Assembly: GCA_963700635.1 (NCBI GenBank)
Contig: CAVOYH010000001.1
Span: 32,001-96,000, forward strand
Direction of reading: 5' to 3'
From: an uncultured Bacteroidota bacterium
Lineage (GTDB): Bacteria; Bacteroidota; Ignavibacteria; UBA10030; UBA6906
Length of the DNA stretch: 64,000 nucleotides
The stretch's first letter is position 1. Every line of letters begins with the position of its first letter. Positions 20,776 through 31,270 of the stretch are shown here, piece by piece. The notes under the pieces are model-generated. The model worked only from the letters and a program-made list of their open reading frames with translations. It had not been told where the DNA came from and searched no databases. Position numbers and translations under genes: made by a program.

Positions 20776-22138
20776 TTTTTAGTTGTTTAAGCTTGGCGAA
20801 CAGCTGTCTCCGATGGATATGGAGTAACGCCGCCGCACGCGTCTTGTTCCCGCCTGTCTGTTCCAGAGCCCGCATGATCAGATCTTTTTCCACTCCGGCA
20901 ACGACTTTTTTCAGATGGAGTTCCTTCTCATCGATTACAGCGACGGGAAGGGCATCGTGTTCAGTCTTGAACGGCAGCGGCAGGGTATCAAGGGTGATGA
21001 TCTCCCCCTGCGTCATGACGATCGCCCTCTGGATCACATTCTCCAGTTCCCTGACGTTTCCAGGCCAGCTGTATGCCTGGAGTCTTTGAAGCACGTCCGG
21101 AGAGACAAGAACCATACGCCCCTGGGCATACTTGTTGAGAAAGTGGTCCACCAGCACCGGGATGTCCTCAGGGTGTTCGCGCAGGGGCGGGATGGTGATA
21201 TGCAGAATGTTCAGCCGGTAATAGAGATCCTCGCGGAAACGCCCTTCTTTGACTTCACTTTCCAGATCCTTGTTGGTGGCAGCGATCACGCGCACATCAA
21301 CCGTCAGGGTCTGTTTCCCTCCGACACGTTCAAATTGCTTATTCTGCAGGGCGCGCAGAAGTTTTATCTGAAGGGCGGGGGTCATCGTGTTCACTTCGTC
21401 GAGGAACAGGGTGCCGCCGTGTGCGAGCTCAAAGCGTCCGGGACGGAGGGCGACCGCACCCGTAAACGCTCCCCGCTCATGGCCGAACATTTCGCTTTCG
21501 AGAAGCGTTTCGGGCAGCGCACCGCAGTTCACCTTGATAAAGGGTCCCGCTTTCCGGGGAGAGTGGCGTTGCAGAGCGTCGGCAATCAGCTCTTTTCCCG
21601 TCCCGCTTTCCCCCTGGACAAGAACAGTCGTGTCGGCAGGAGCAATTCTGCCTATCTGTTTGAAGATCTCCTGCATCTTGCTGCTGGTTCCCACAATCGA
21701 TGTATGCACGGCCGTCTGATCCTGCCGGGAGACCTGTGAGCGCAGATGTTGAACTTCGCCGAGCAATTCCCGGTAGTGAAGCGAGCGGCGGACGATGAGA
21801 AGGAATTCATCAAGGTCAAACGGTTTTTCAAGATAGTCATATGCCCCCGCTTTCATTGCCTCGATCGCGCGTTCGCTCGTACCATAGGCGGTGAACACAA
21901 TCACCACGGTATCCGGATTCTGCTTCTTGATCTCCTGCAGTGCTGAGAGGCCGTCCATCTCGGGTAGGTTGATGTCGAGCAGCACAAGATCAGGGCGGCG
22001 TGATGCGGTCAGTGTCACTGCCGTCACGCCATCGCCGGCCTCGAGAAGGATAAAACCCTCTTCTTCGAGAAGTTCGACGAGATTCTGACGCATGGCAACC
22101 TCATCATCCGCCACGAGGATAGTTCTGTGTGTGTTCAT
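20732..22138 (-). CDS. Sigma54-dependent response regulator (NtrC family)
   Basis: Receiver domain (ADDE, LLDINLP), [33 protein letters not shown] and a Fis-type HTH. Confidence 0.96.
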   Translation of the reverse strand: MNTHRTILVADDEVAMRQNLVELLEEEGFILLEAGDGVTAVTLTASRRPDLVLLDINLPEMDGLSALQEIKKQNPDTVVIVFTAYGTSERAIEAMKAGAYDYLEKPFDLDEFLLIVRRSLHYRELLGEVQHLRSQVSRQDQTAVHTSIVGTSSKMQEIFKQIGRIAPADTTVLVQGESGTGKELIADALQRHSPRKAGPFIKVNCGALPETLLESEMFGHERGAFTGAVALRPGRFELAHGGTLFLDEVNTMTPALQIKLLRALQNKQFERVGGKQTLTVDVRVIAATNKDLESEVKEGRFREDLYYRLNILHITIPPLREHPEDIPVLVDHFLNKYAQGRMVLVSPDVLQRLQAYSWPGNVRELENVIQRAIVMTQGEIITLDTLPLPFKTEHDALPVAVIDEKELHLKKVVAGVEKDLIMRALEQTGGNKTRAAALLHIHRRQLFAKLKQLKISIPPKRGPGAKDQ

Positions 22139-23688
22139 ACCGTCACCGCCGTGTGATCCTTGATGCCGGGGAGCGCCACCGTGCAGATTGTTCCTTTTTC
22201 CTCACGCGGGAAAAAGTTGATGTGCCCTCCGTGGGTGCGAATAATTTCGTATGCGATGGACAGACCGAGACCGACGCCATGTTCCTTGGTGGTAAAAAAC
22301 GGATCGAAGATGCGGGGGAGAACCGTGGATGAGATTCCCTCGCCGTTGTCAGCGAAGGTGATGAGAATCTGAGTCCTGTCTGCGTTGCTGGTAGTGGCAA
22401 TATCCAGTTGTCCGCCTCCGTGCATGGCGTCGATGGCGTTTGTACAGATATTGAGAAACACCTGTTCCATTCCCTGTGGATCTATCCGGACGGGGGGAAG
22501 GGTCGTGGAGTATGTGGTATGAATGCGCACCCGTTGTGCGCGGGCGGCAGGGAGGATCATTGCGACGCTTTGTTCAAGGACACGGCGCAAATCGGTCTTG
22601 GTGGGTGTGCCGGACACCGGTTTGGAGAACACCAGGAGACGCCGGACGAGGTCGGAGAGCCGGTCAATTTCGCGGACGACCAGCGCCATCGCCTCATCGG
22701 AGATCACGCCCGACTCATGGTCCCCAATTCCCCGCCGGCGCAGCTTCCGTTGCCACATCTGAATGCGTGTCTTGATCACCGCCAGGGGAGTTTTTACTTC
22801 ATGGGCAACTCTGGCGATAAGTTTGCCCAGCGTCGCCATCTTGTCCTGCTGGTGGAGCTCCTGCTCCAGGCGGGCCCGGAGATGTTGATCGTGTGAACGC
22901 GCCGAAACCATGGTATTGATGGATTGCATAATCACACCGAAGACTCCGCGGCGCACGGGGAATCGGAAGTTCGTGTCCCGCGTGAGAGTGTCCAGTCCGA
23001 CGCGGATCTCTTCGGTCCGTTTCCGGAGGGTCAACGCGATCACAATCACAATCACGAACCCGAGTGCGGATACCATGGCAGCCACGACGAGGACACTCGT
23101 AAGGCGGACCGTGGGAAGGAGGCGCTCGATGTGCACCCGGGCCCACACTGCTCCGATGGGACGGCCGTGCACCACGATGGGCTCCGTGACAAGGGGGAAG
23201 GTAGCGGGATCAAACTGATGAAGCTGAACGATGCGCTGGTGTTGCGCTACCGTCAGCCGTGCCTGTTCCCGGATAATATGATAGGAACGGGGCGGTGGCC
23301 CGAATGCCGGTTTCGGCGGAGGAGAACTCGGGAAGGCGTACCCCAGAAACTGATCCGCGGCATAGAAGTAGAAGCCTCCCTCGGTACCCTGAAACAGCGA
23401 AAGTTCGTGCGCGGTTACGGCGGCAAGCACCTCGTCTGCATGTTTCTCCTCCGCCTTCGTCCATGACGCGTCCTTCAGGAAGGAGCGAAACCACAGACTG
23501 TCGACAACCGAGGCGCCGGCCATGTTGAGTTCCTGGACGGCAGCTTCTGTCATGATCCTGTTTGTGGTGATGACCTCGTCCGTGGATTCCTGAAGCATAA
23601 GATACAGGTACACCGCTCCCCCGACAACAAGCACGACGAATCCTGCGGCAAGAAAGAGGGCTTTTACACGAAGGCTGGACTCGGTCAT
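22135..23688 (-). CDS. Membrane sensor histidine kinase
   Basis: Two TM helices flanking a periplasmic domain; H-box VAHEVKTPL, N-box NAIDAM, DNGEGI, FDPFFTTK, GVGLGL. Confidence 0.94.
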   Translation of the reverse strand: MTESSLRVKALFLAAGFVVLVVGGAVYLYLMLQESTDEVITTNRIMTEAAVQELNMAGASVVDSLWFRSFLKDASWTKAEEKHADEVLAAVTAHELSLFQGTEGGFYFYAADQFLGYAFPSSPPPKPAFGPPPRSYHIIREQARLTVAQHQRIVQLHQFDPATFPLVTEPIVVHGRPIGAVWARVHIERLLPTVRLTSVLVVAAMVSALGFVIVIVIALTLRKRTEEIRVGLDTLTRDTNFRFPVRRGVFGVIMQSINTMVSARSHDQHLRARLEQELHQQDKMATLGKLIARVAHEVKTPLAVIKTRIQMWQRKLRRRGIGDHESGVISDEAMALVVREIDRLSDLVRRLLVFSKPVSGTPTKTDLRRVLEQSVAMILPAARAQRVRIHTTYSTTLPPVRIDPQGMEQVFLNICTNAIDAMHGGGQLDIATTSNADRTQILITFADNGEGISSTVLPRIFDPFFTTKEHGVGLGLSIAYEIIRTHGGHINFFPREEKGTICTVALPGIKDHTAVTV

Positions 23689-23693
23689 ACAGT

Positions 23694-23723
23694 AAGATAC
23701 GGGATGTCTACATAATAGTGCAA
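23694..23723 (-). promoter_or_regulatory. Putative promoter of the kinase/regulator pair (possibly a leaderless mRNA)
   Basis: TTGCAC-N18-TATCTT ending 5 nt before the ATG. Confidence 0.4.
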
Positions 23724-23729
23724 GGGGCG

Positions 23730-23758
23730 TTGCTTGTCCGGTCCGGCAACGGTATATT
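23730..23758 (+). promoter_or_regulatory. Sigma70-type promoter of aspA
   Basis: TTGCTT-N17-TATATT. Confidence 0.55.
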
Positions 23759-23792
23759 TTACAATACCTCCGTACACGCGAACATCTGATAG

Positions 23793-25658
23793 ATGCCCAT
23801 GACCCAGTTTCTTTCCACAATCGAACTTTTCCGCGATCTGGACGATGAAGAGCGCCGGCTTGTCGCCGCCACATCCACACCGGTGAATTTCAGGGAAGGT
23901 GAGTTGTTGTTTGAAGAAAACACACCACGCGCAGGGTTGTATCTTCTGCAGGAAGGAGAAGTGGAACTCTGTAAGCGAACCCCCTTCGGAGATGAAAAGC
24001 GTCTTGCACATTTCCGCCCCGGCGATTTTCTGGGAGAGGGTGTTCTGATGAACGAGGATCCCCACTCGACCTCGGCGCGCGCACTGACGGCGGCGCAGGT
24101 GCTGGTGCTGGAGGGGGGACGGCTGACCGCATTGCTCCACTCCCGCCCGAGCATCGGAGTAAAAGTGTTGTCCCGCACCGCGAGGGTCATTGTGCGCCGC
24201 ATGCGTTCGACCACGGTCCGGGTGATTGACGAGAACGCACAGTTTATCTCAGGACGTTCACGGCGGGAGCACGACCTTCTGGGAGAACGTGATGTGCCTC
24301 ATGAGTATTATTATGGTATCCAGACCCTCCGCGCCCTGGAGAATTTTCCTATCAGCGGCATCACGATGGATCTTTATCCCGCACTCATCGAAGCGCTCGC
24401 GATGGTAAAGATGGCGGCGGCGAAAGCAAATGAGGAACTTGGACTTATCTCCCATGCCGAAGCCGGTGCGATTGTCCTGGCGTGCGAAGAGATCGCCGCC
24501 GGCAAGCTCCACAATCAGTTTGTTGTGGATATGATTCAGGGCGGGGCGGGGACATCCACGAACATGAATGCGAATGAAGTGATCGCCAACCGGGCGCTTG
24601 AACTGCTTGGCTACGAAAAAGGTGAATACCAGTATTGCCACCCGAATAACCATGTCAACTGTTCACAATCGACAAACGATGCCTATCCCACCGCACTCAA
24701 GCTGGCAATCATCCGGAGTAACGCCAAACTGGTCGCGGTGCTGCAGCAACTGATCCTGTCGTTCCGCAAAAAGGCCCGCGAGTTTGAAACAGTGATCAAA
24801 ATGGGCCGCACCCAATTGCAGGACGCGGTGCCCATGACGCTGGGACAGGGATTTGAGGCGTATGCGGCGACGCTTGCTGAAGAAGTGGAACGGCTCGAAC
24901 AGAACGCACGGTTGTTTCTCGAAGTGAATCTCGGCGGCACGGCGATCGGGACCGGCATCAACGCCGAACCGGGATATGCGGAAAAGGCGGTACAGTACCT
25001 TTGCGACATCTCCGGTCTGCCCATGGTGCTTGCTCCCAATCTTGTTGAGGCGACCCAGGATACCGGTGCGTTTGTGATGTACTCCTCCGCGGTCAAGCGC
25101 CTCGCCGTTAAACTCTCAAAAATATGCAATGACCTCCGCCTCCTTTCCTCCGGGCCTCGCGCGGGGATCAACGAAATAAATCTCCCGAAGATGCAGCCCG
25201 GCTCATCCATCATGCCGGGGAAGGTAAATCCGGTTATTCCGGAGGTGGTCAACCAGATTGCCTTCAAAGTCATCGGCAATGATCTGACTGTTACCCTGGC
25301 GGCAGAAGCCGGACAACTGGAACTAAACGTCATGGAACCCGTTATCGCCGAATGTATTTTCGAATCGATCGAGATGCTCAAGAATGGCATGGCGACACTC
25401 ACCTACCGGTGTGTGGACGGCATAACCGCAAACGTCGCACATTGCCGGATGATGGTGGAGCGGAGCATCGGACTGGTGACGGCGTTAAGCCCGGTGCTGG
25501 GTTATGACGTATGCACGGAGCTGGCCAAAGATGCGCTCGAACAGGACCGGAGTGTCTATGACCTCGTCCTTGAGCGAGGACTCCTGTCAAAAGAAGAACT
25601 GGAGCGCCTCCTTGATCCCGCAACCATGCTTGCGCCGAAACGTGTGATAAAACGCTGA
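23793..25658 (+). CDS. aspA: Aspartate ammonia-lyase with an N-terminal cyclic-nucleotide-binding (CRP-like) domain
   Basis: cNMP motifs LFEEN, GEVEL, GDFLGE, STSARA; then YYGIQTLRALENF, GGAGTSTNMN, GRTQLQDA and GSSIMPGKVNP. Confidence 0.93.
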   Translation: MPMTQFLSTIELFRDLDDEERRLVAATSTPVNFREGELLFEENTPRAGLYLLQEGEVELCKRTPFGDEKRLAHFRPGDFLGEGVLMNEDPHSTSARALTAAQVLVLEGGRLTALLHSRPSIGVKVLSRTARVIVRRMRSTTVRVIDENAQFISGRSRREHDLLGERDVPHEYYYGIQTLRALENFPISGITMDLYPALIEALAMVKMAAAKANEELGLISHAEAGAIVLACEEIAAGKLHNQFVVDMIQGGAGTSTNMNANEVIANRALELLGYEKGEYQYCHPNNHVNCSQSTNDAYPTALKLAIIRSNAKLVAVLQQLILSFRKKAREFETVIKMGRTQLQDAVPMTLGQGFEAYAATLAEEVERLEQNARLFLEVNLGGTAIGTGINAEPGYAEKAVQYLCDISGLPMVLAPNLVEATQDTGAFVMYSSAVKRLAVKLSKICNDLRLLSSGPRAGINEINLPKMQPGSSIMPGKVNPVIPEVVNQIAFKVIGNDLTVTLAAEAGQLELNVMEPVIAECIFESIEMLKNGMATLTYRCVDGITANVAHCRMMVERSIGLVTALSPVLGYDVCTELAKDALEQDRSVYDLVLERGLLSKEELERLLDPATMLAPKRVIKR

Positions 25659-25692
25659 CCGAACAAAAACGATCACTTGTTCAGGATATCCG

Positions 25693-26946
25693 ATGAGACG
25701 GAAAACGATTCTTCTTGTCGCAACCCTCTGCATGGCACACCTTGCGTCCGCATGCACGTCTGCCGTCGTATCCGGACGTGCCACGAAAGACGGCCGCCCA
25801 TTACTCTGGAAGCAACGGGACACCGGCAATCTCCAGAACAAGCTTGTGTACTCCACCGGGGGAGATTTCGCTTTCGTCGGGGTTCATGATCTTGCCGATA
25901 CTGCGAACGCGGAGTGTTTTATGGGGAGCAACGAAGCGGGGTTCAGCATTATCAACACCGCCTCGTACAATCTGCAGTATGAGAAGTACAGGGCGAAGAT
26001 GGACGAAGAGGGGATTCTGATGCGGCAGGCGCTCGCCTCATGTCGCACACTCCAGGATTTTGAACGATTACTCCTCGAGACAAAGGGGAAGAGGGGTGTT
26101 GAGGCAAACTTCGGCGTCATTGATGCTGCCGGCGGCGCTGCCTACTACGAGACAGACCCCTACACATACGTAAAGTACGACGCCAATGATCCGGCCGCTA
26201 CGCCGGCGGGGTACATTCTTCGTACCAACTTTTCGATGTCGGGTACACCGGACGCGGGGCAGGGGTACATACGGTATCAGACAACGGCGAATCTCTTTCA
26301 ATGGGCTTCTCTCGGGGATGGAATCTCGCTGGATTTTATCCTTCTGGAAGCAACCACAAATCTTAATCATGCCCTCGTGGGCACCAATCTGTCCCGCGGA
26401 CCACTTCCCTTTAACGATGAATCCCGGACGATGGTCAACTTCATGGATTTTGTGCCCCGTTACTCCACCGCGGCATCGATGATCATTCAGGGCGTCCGGA
26501 AAGGAGAAGACCCTGCTGCGACCACGGTCTGGGTGCTCCTCGGATCACCCCTGACAACGCCTGTTATTCCCGTATGGGTGAAACATGCCGGATTGATTCC
26601 CGCGATGTTGCTTGCTTCCGGCACGACTCCGGCTTCCCTGAACTCATATTCGCTGGAACTGAAAGGCAGGTGTTTCCCGCTAAAAACACCCGAGGGGAGG
26701 AACTACATGGATCTGTCGAAGGTGATGAATCAGCAGGGAACCGGCACAATCCAGCGCCTGAGTGCAGTGCACCGGAAGATCATCGATGTAACGCGGGTAC
26801 ACATGCGGAACAACGAGGGGGGAATCCAATCCAGGGACGCAACGGCCCTCTACCGGCTGATCCAGGTGGCTGTTCGAGAATATTACGCTACCTATCACCT
26901 CTGGCTGGCTGAGACCGGAGGAGAGAACCAAAAAACACCGCGTTGA
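25693..26946 (+). CDS. Exported Ntn-hydrolase (C45 / isopenicillin-N acyltransferase-like)
   Basis: Signal peptide ends ASA, exposing an N-terminal Cys (CTSAVVSG...DGRPLLWKQRD); GSNEAGF, ANFGVID, RTNF. Confidence 0.8.
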   Translation: MRRKTILLVATLCMAHLASACTSAVVSGRATKDGRPLLWKQRDTGNLQNKLVYSTGGDFAFVGVHDLADTANAECFMGSNEAGFSIINTASYNLQYEKYRAKMDEEGILMRQALASCRTLQDFERLLLETKGKRGVEANFGVIDAAGGAAYYETDPYTYVKYDANDPAATPAGYILRTNFSMSGTPDAGQGYIRYQTTANLFQWASLGDGISLDFILLEATTNLNHALVGTNLSRGPLPFNDESRTMVNFMDFVPRYSTAASMIIQGVRKGEDPAATTVWVLLGSPLTTPVIPVWVKHAGLIPAMLLASGTTPASLNSYSLELKGRCFPLKTPEGRNYMDLSKVMNQQGTGTIQRLSAVHRKIIDVTRVHMRNNEGGIQSRDATALYRLIQVAVREYYATYHLWLAETGGENQKTPR

Positions 26947-29491
26947 CAAGGATTTTTTCCGAGCCCAGCCAGAAGCCGCGGAACGTTACATTGTCGGCCA
27001 GGTGCACGATCCTGCCCTTGCCGACGCCCGCCACGACGACGGCTGCGCTGCCGGCAAGATTCCGGGTGTTTTCTGAAGAGAGATAACCGCTGAGCACAGG
27101 GTCGCTGGTATAACTCAGCGGCGTGCCGTACGGGTCGCGGGCCGCACTCATCACGAGTGATGTTCCGTGGCACAAAGCCAGCCGATCGGCATCAATTCCG
27201 TAGCCAAGCGGATGTGATCGATCCACCGTTGCTTCGACGATCACCCCGTTGACCATCTGGGCCCCCTCCGACTTTCCCATCTCTCCAAACGGACGGCGTA
27301 TCAGCGTGGTGTCCTGCTGAAGTTCACGGGGGGTCCGGACGACAACCGGGGAGATTTTTTTTCTTGCGAGCCATTCCACAGCGCTCTCCTGTGCCACGAC
27401 TGTTCCGCCGTTTTCTGTCCAGTTCCTGATTGCGGAGACTGATGTACTGTCCACCTGCGCATAACTTCCGCCGGGAAGGAGAAGTACCGAATAGCGTGAA
27501 AGGTTCATGCGGCTGAACTGAGCTGGTTCGGCAATCGTGACATCCAGACCGAGCTTGTTATCCAGCAAGTGCCACATTTCCCCAGCGTCACCCGCCGAAA
27601 CCCCGGATCCCGCGGCGAGCAAAACGCGCGGCAGCGCCAGCGGCCGGATCCGATCGCTCCCGAGGTCAATACCTTCGGCAGTCAACCCCGAGTTCACCCC
27701 GTAGATTACAATGTCGTTCTCGTGCAAAACGTCATTGATGATCGCAGCGATGGTGTCCCGTTTTTCTCTCTGTACGCCGACCGGCACAATGATTGTACCA
27801 TAGTCGAATTGGTGCGGTAGCCGCGCCGGGTCCACGTCTGCCGCGAATGGTACCGTGGCCGTGCGCATGAGCACGCCTGACCGGAGAAGGCGGGAAACGA
27901 CACCGGGCGCATTGAGCTGGCTCCACGGGATGATATACGCCACGGGCTCCGGCGGGCCGACATAGTTGCCCCTCCGATCGGACGTTGTCCCCACAAGTTC
28001 CCCCATCAGATTTTCCGGAAGGGAAGTGAGAAGCGAGTGAGAGAGACCGTACGCAGATGGAAGTGTCCAGGCAGAAATGTCATAGAAGATGCTGTCGCGA
28101 AATTCTTTTCTCTTCTCGAGCAACGTCGTAAGGAGGCGGTAATGCGGCTGACGCACATCGACGAGAAATGCTGAGCCGGGTTCGTACACGGTTTCGCCCG
28201 CCGTATGCCGCCGTTGAATCTCGTGGACACGGATGGTGTGGCGCGAAAGGAGCTCCGCCAGCTGGCGTGCCCGGACGGGATCGGTCCGGGATCCAAACAG
28301 GTAGGCGCGCACGGTTGACCGTCGGGCTTCTTCCCGGGCCTGCGAAAAGAAGTCGCGCTGGTACGCAAGAAACTCATGACGCATATCGGCCTGGGCGGCC
28401 AGAGCAGTAAGGGACGAGGCAACATGATTCCGGATGGCAAACCGGAACGTCATGATGCCGTTTGGATGTTCCTGGCTGTGCCCGCGGACGCTGGCCTGCT
28501 CAAAGAGTATCCCCACAGAGCCGGAAAGGTCGGCGTATGTTGAGGCTTTGCCTGCAAAAAAATCGTCAAACACTTCTTCCGTATAGTAGAGCGACCCGAG
28601 GCTATCCAGGGTCTCCGCAAACCGCCGTGCAATCTTCTGCGTCAGGCGTTGATTTTCTGTCGGGATCAACGGATGCACCGCGGATGCCTTTCCGGGCTGG
28701 AAGAAATACGTGGAAGAACTACCCATCTCGTGAAAATCCAGGAGGACATGCGGCATCCAGCGGTGGTATTGTGTCATCCGTGCCCGGGACTCCGGATGTA
28801 CCAGCGGCACATAATCGCGGTTCAAGTCAAACCAGTAATGGTTCCCCCGCCCTGACGGCCATGGCTCCGTGTGCTCGCGTGTTGCGGGATCTGCGACCGG
28901 TTGGCGGCCGCGGTTGCCGTTAACCCATGCCGCAAACCTGTCATATCCATCCGGATTCAAACACGGATCCAGGATAATGACGGTGGAGGAAAGCAGGCGC
29001 TCGACATCCTGGCCCTGTGCCGCTGCAAGGTGGTAGGCAACGAGAGACGCAGCGTTTGATCCGCTCGCTTCGTTGCCGTGGATGGTGTATCCCAACCATA
29101 GTACGACCGGTGGTGCGGCCGGCGGCGGAAAAGCGGGCACGGAGGTTTCCGTCTGCGCTCTGTGTTCGCGGCGGATATCCTCGAGACGTGCGTGATGTGA
29201 GGGATGCGTGATGGTCAGCAGGACAAGGGTGCGTTGTTCGTAGGTAACCCCGTATTCTTCCAGGTGGACCCGGTCGGATGCGGCATCGAGCGCGCGCAGA
29301 TAGGCAAGAAGCTGGTCGTGCCGGACGTGCCAGTCTCCAACGGCAAATCCAAAGTATGACTGGGGAGTCGGAATTGTTGGATCATACGTGGCCCCGGCAG
29401 GGAGGAAATAGTCGAGATCCCCGGCCCGGCCTGATGGAGAGGCGCTCAGAATAAAGACCGCGAGGGTGGAAAGTACACTCAGTGTCCGCAT
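26888..29491 (-). CDS. Exported M14 zinc carboxypeptidase-family protein with a C-terminal GATase-like domain
   Basis: IHGNE, NPDG, GNHYWFDLNRD and DFHEMG motifs; signal peptide. Confidence 0.9.
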   Translation of the reverse strand: MRTLSVLSTLAVFILSASPSGRAGDLDYFLPAGATYDPTIPTPQSYFGFAVGDWHVRHDQLLAYLRALDAASDRVHLEEYGVTYEQRTLVLLTITHPSHHARLEDIRREHRAQTETSVPAFPPPAAPPVVLWLGYTIHGNEASGSNAASLVAYHLAAAQGQDVERLLSSTVIILDPCLNPDGYDRFAAWVNGNRGRQPVADPATREHTEPWPSGRGNHYWFDLNRDYVPLVHPESRARMTQYHRWMPHVLLDFHEMGSSSTYFFQPGKASAVHPLIPTENQRLTQKIARRFAETLDSLGSLYYTEEVFDDFFAGKASTYADLSGSVGILFEQASVRGHSQEHPNGIMTFRFAIRNHVASSLTALAAQADMRHEFLAYQRDFFSQAREEARRSTVRAYLFGSRTDPVRARQLAELLSRHTIRVHEIQRRHTAGETVYEPGSAFLVDVRQPHYRLLTTLLEKRKEFRDSIFYDISAWTLPSAYGLSHSLLTSLPENLMGELVGTTSDRRGNYVGPPEPVAYIIPWSQLNAPGVVSRLLRSGVLMRTATVPFAADVDPARLPHQFDYGTIIVPVGVQREKRDTIAAIINDVLHENDIVIYGVNSGLTAEGIDLGSDRIRPLALPRVLLAAGSGVSAGDAGEMWHLLDNKLGLDVTIAEPAQFSRMNLSRYSVLLLPGGSYAQVDSTSVSAIRNWTENGGTVVAQESAVEWLARKKISPVVVRTPRELQQDTTLIRRPFGEMGKSEGAQMVNGVIVEATVDRSHPLGYGIDADRLALCHGTSLVMSAARDPYGTPLSYTSDPVLSGYLSSENTRNLAGSAAVVVAGVGKGRIVHLADNVTFRGFWLGSEKILVNAVFFGSLLRSQPARGDR

Positions 29492-29544
29492 GCAAGAATC
29501 CGTATCATGAGAAAAAGTGTCAACATGTCACAACGTACACTTCC

Positions 29545-30873
29545 TTACCGCTGAAGCAGCAAGGAAGTGGCTTTCGCGAAAAGCGCGGTCCGGAGGACAG
29601 CATAATAGACGCCGCTTGAGAGGTGAGCAGCGTCAAAGGTTACGGTGTGTGTGCCCGGCGAACCGGGAATATTCGAAAATGTGGTGATTATTCTCCCGAG
29701 CACGTCATACACGGTAAGCGTCACCTCCGGGGGGAGTGTCTCCCCGCTTCCCGGACCCTGTCCGGGAAGCGTGTACACGATGGTTGTTGTTCCGTTAAAG
29801 GGGTTTGGAAAGTTGTGGAGGAGTGCAAACTCTGCCGGAGTGCCCTGTCTGACTGCGGTCGGGGCCTCGGGAAATGTAAGGATGACAGCTTGCGCGAGTT
29901 TGTTCCAATTTACTTTTGTGTCACGAAGTCCTGAAAGTTTCTGCTCGAGGTGAAGAAAATGCCCGCTCGCGGCAGAGGCAGGTGTTGTACACGGCTGACT
30001 GCTCCCGTTGATAAGCCGCCCCTGAGTGTTTGTGGTCGCGATAAGTCGCGTCCACGTAATGTCAAGGTGTGCGATCTTGAACGTGAGTGTGGGATCGACA
30101 CTCAACAGGTTGTCGCGTAACGTGCTGAGGTAGTCACGGCCGGCAGGTGGTGACTTCTGTGTTCCGTTGCTCATGATTATGTCTGGGTCGGTGGAGAGTT
30201 TGGAGAACCCATGCGGCTGAATGAACACACAGCTGTCAACGGTTCCCAGGAATGCGGAGGTGGAAACCTGAAACATACCATCCACTACGTGCGCCTGGTC
30301 GGATATCCTGTACGGTTCGTCACCCGAACTGCAGGCGCTCGTGGTGCCGCTGCAGGTGGAGAACACGGCACTGTTGCAGCGGTGGGTTCCGCTCATAAAA
30401 AAGGCGCGGGCTCCGGCGGACCGGTAGACAAAAAACCCCTGAGCTCCTGTGTTACTGTCATAACGCGGATGTGGCGATTGGATAATCAGTCTGGGTCGGC
30501 GGGGTAGTCGGGAGAAAAGATAGGTGCCCCAGTGATTGGCCGACGTACCTTGTTTTTCGAGGACCAGATGGGCACGGAATGGCACATCTGTAGTGTCCGT
30601 ATAATCAAGAATCTGATAACCCAGTCCGTCGGCCAGCGGAACCGCTGTACCGGGATCGCCGGCGATGATTGCTTCCACCATGGTCTTCCATGTCGATTGC
30701 TGGACAGCAGATGGGGCCTGATAGTGACCGGCTCCCGAGCTGGTAGGCATGGCAAGAATCAGGCTATCGATGTGTGCCGTGAGATTGCCCGAGCGTACAA
30801 TCTGGGCCTGACCGCTGGCAATACAGAAGAGAAGGGCAAGAAGTGACGGGAGGAATTGACAGCCTTTTTTCAT
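29545..30873 (-). CDS. T9SS-secreted putative Zn hydrolase (FGase/PghP-like fold inferred)
   Basis: Signal peptide; QSPHPRYD, QPHGF and FLHLEQ; C-terminal NFPNPFN...YDVLGR...SSGVY T9SS domain. Confidence 0.7.
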   Translation of the reverse strand: MKKGCQFLPSLLALLFCIASGQAQIVRSGNLTAHIDSLILAMPTSSGAGHYQAPSAVQQSTWKTMVEAIIAGDPGTAVPLADGLGYQILDYTDTTDVPFRAHLVLEKQGTSANHWGTYLFSRLPRRPRLIIQSPHPRYDSNTGAQGFFVYRSAGARAFFMSGTHRCNSAVFSTCSGTTSACSSGDEPYRISDQAHVVDGMFQVSTSAFLGTVDSCVFIQPHGFSKLSTDPDIIMSNGTQKSPPAGRDYLSTLRDNLLSVDPTLTFKIAHLDITWTRLIATTNTQGRLINGSSQPCTTPASAASGHFLHLEQKLSGLRDTKVNWNKLAQAVILTFPEAPTAVRQGTPAEFALLHNFPNPFNGTTTIVYTLPGQGPGSGETLPPEVTLTVYDVLGRIITTFSNIPGSPGTHTVTFDAAHLSSGVYYAVLRTALFAKATSLLLQR

Positions 30874-31130
30874 TCGGGGGCTCATGTGTTTGGAGAACGA
30901 CCTGACAAGATACCTGCATTGGTTATGAGACGCAAACAGAGGATGCACGAATCACACCAACCGGCGGCGGGAGCTGCACGCCGGTAATTTCGCCGTAATG
31001 CGGGCCCCTCCGTTTGCATCTGAGATTTCCACGTGCTTTATTGTGCTGAATGAGCCCGAGGAATCGGGCATGATCTGCCCGTTCATCGGATCTTGCCCGC
31101 GAAAATGCCCAGCAATGTGCCTGTTTTGCA

Positions 31131-31146
31131 TGGTACGAAACTTGCA
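31131..31146 (+). promoter_or_regulatory. Sigma54 (-24/-12) promoter of the 21-kb operon
   Basis: TGGTACG-AAAC-TTGCA, with exact GG-N10-GC spacing, 124 nt upstream of the ATG at 31271. Confidence 0.75.
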
Positions 31147-31270
31147 TATACCGGAACGGCGTTCTGGCCTCTTTCTGAAGCCTCACGTACTTCCGTACCT
31201 CTTTCATTACGAATCCACAGACGACGATGAGTGCACGTCCATTCCATCACCATATAGAGAGGGTGCTACC

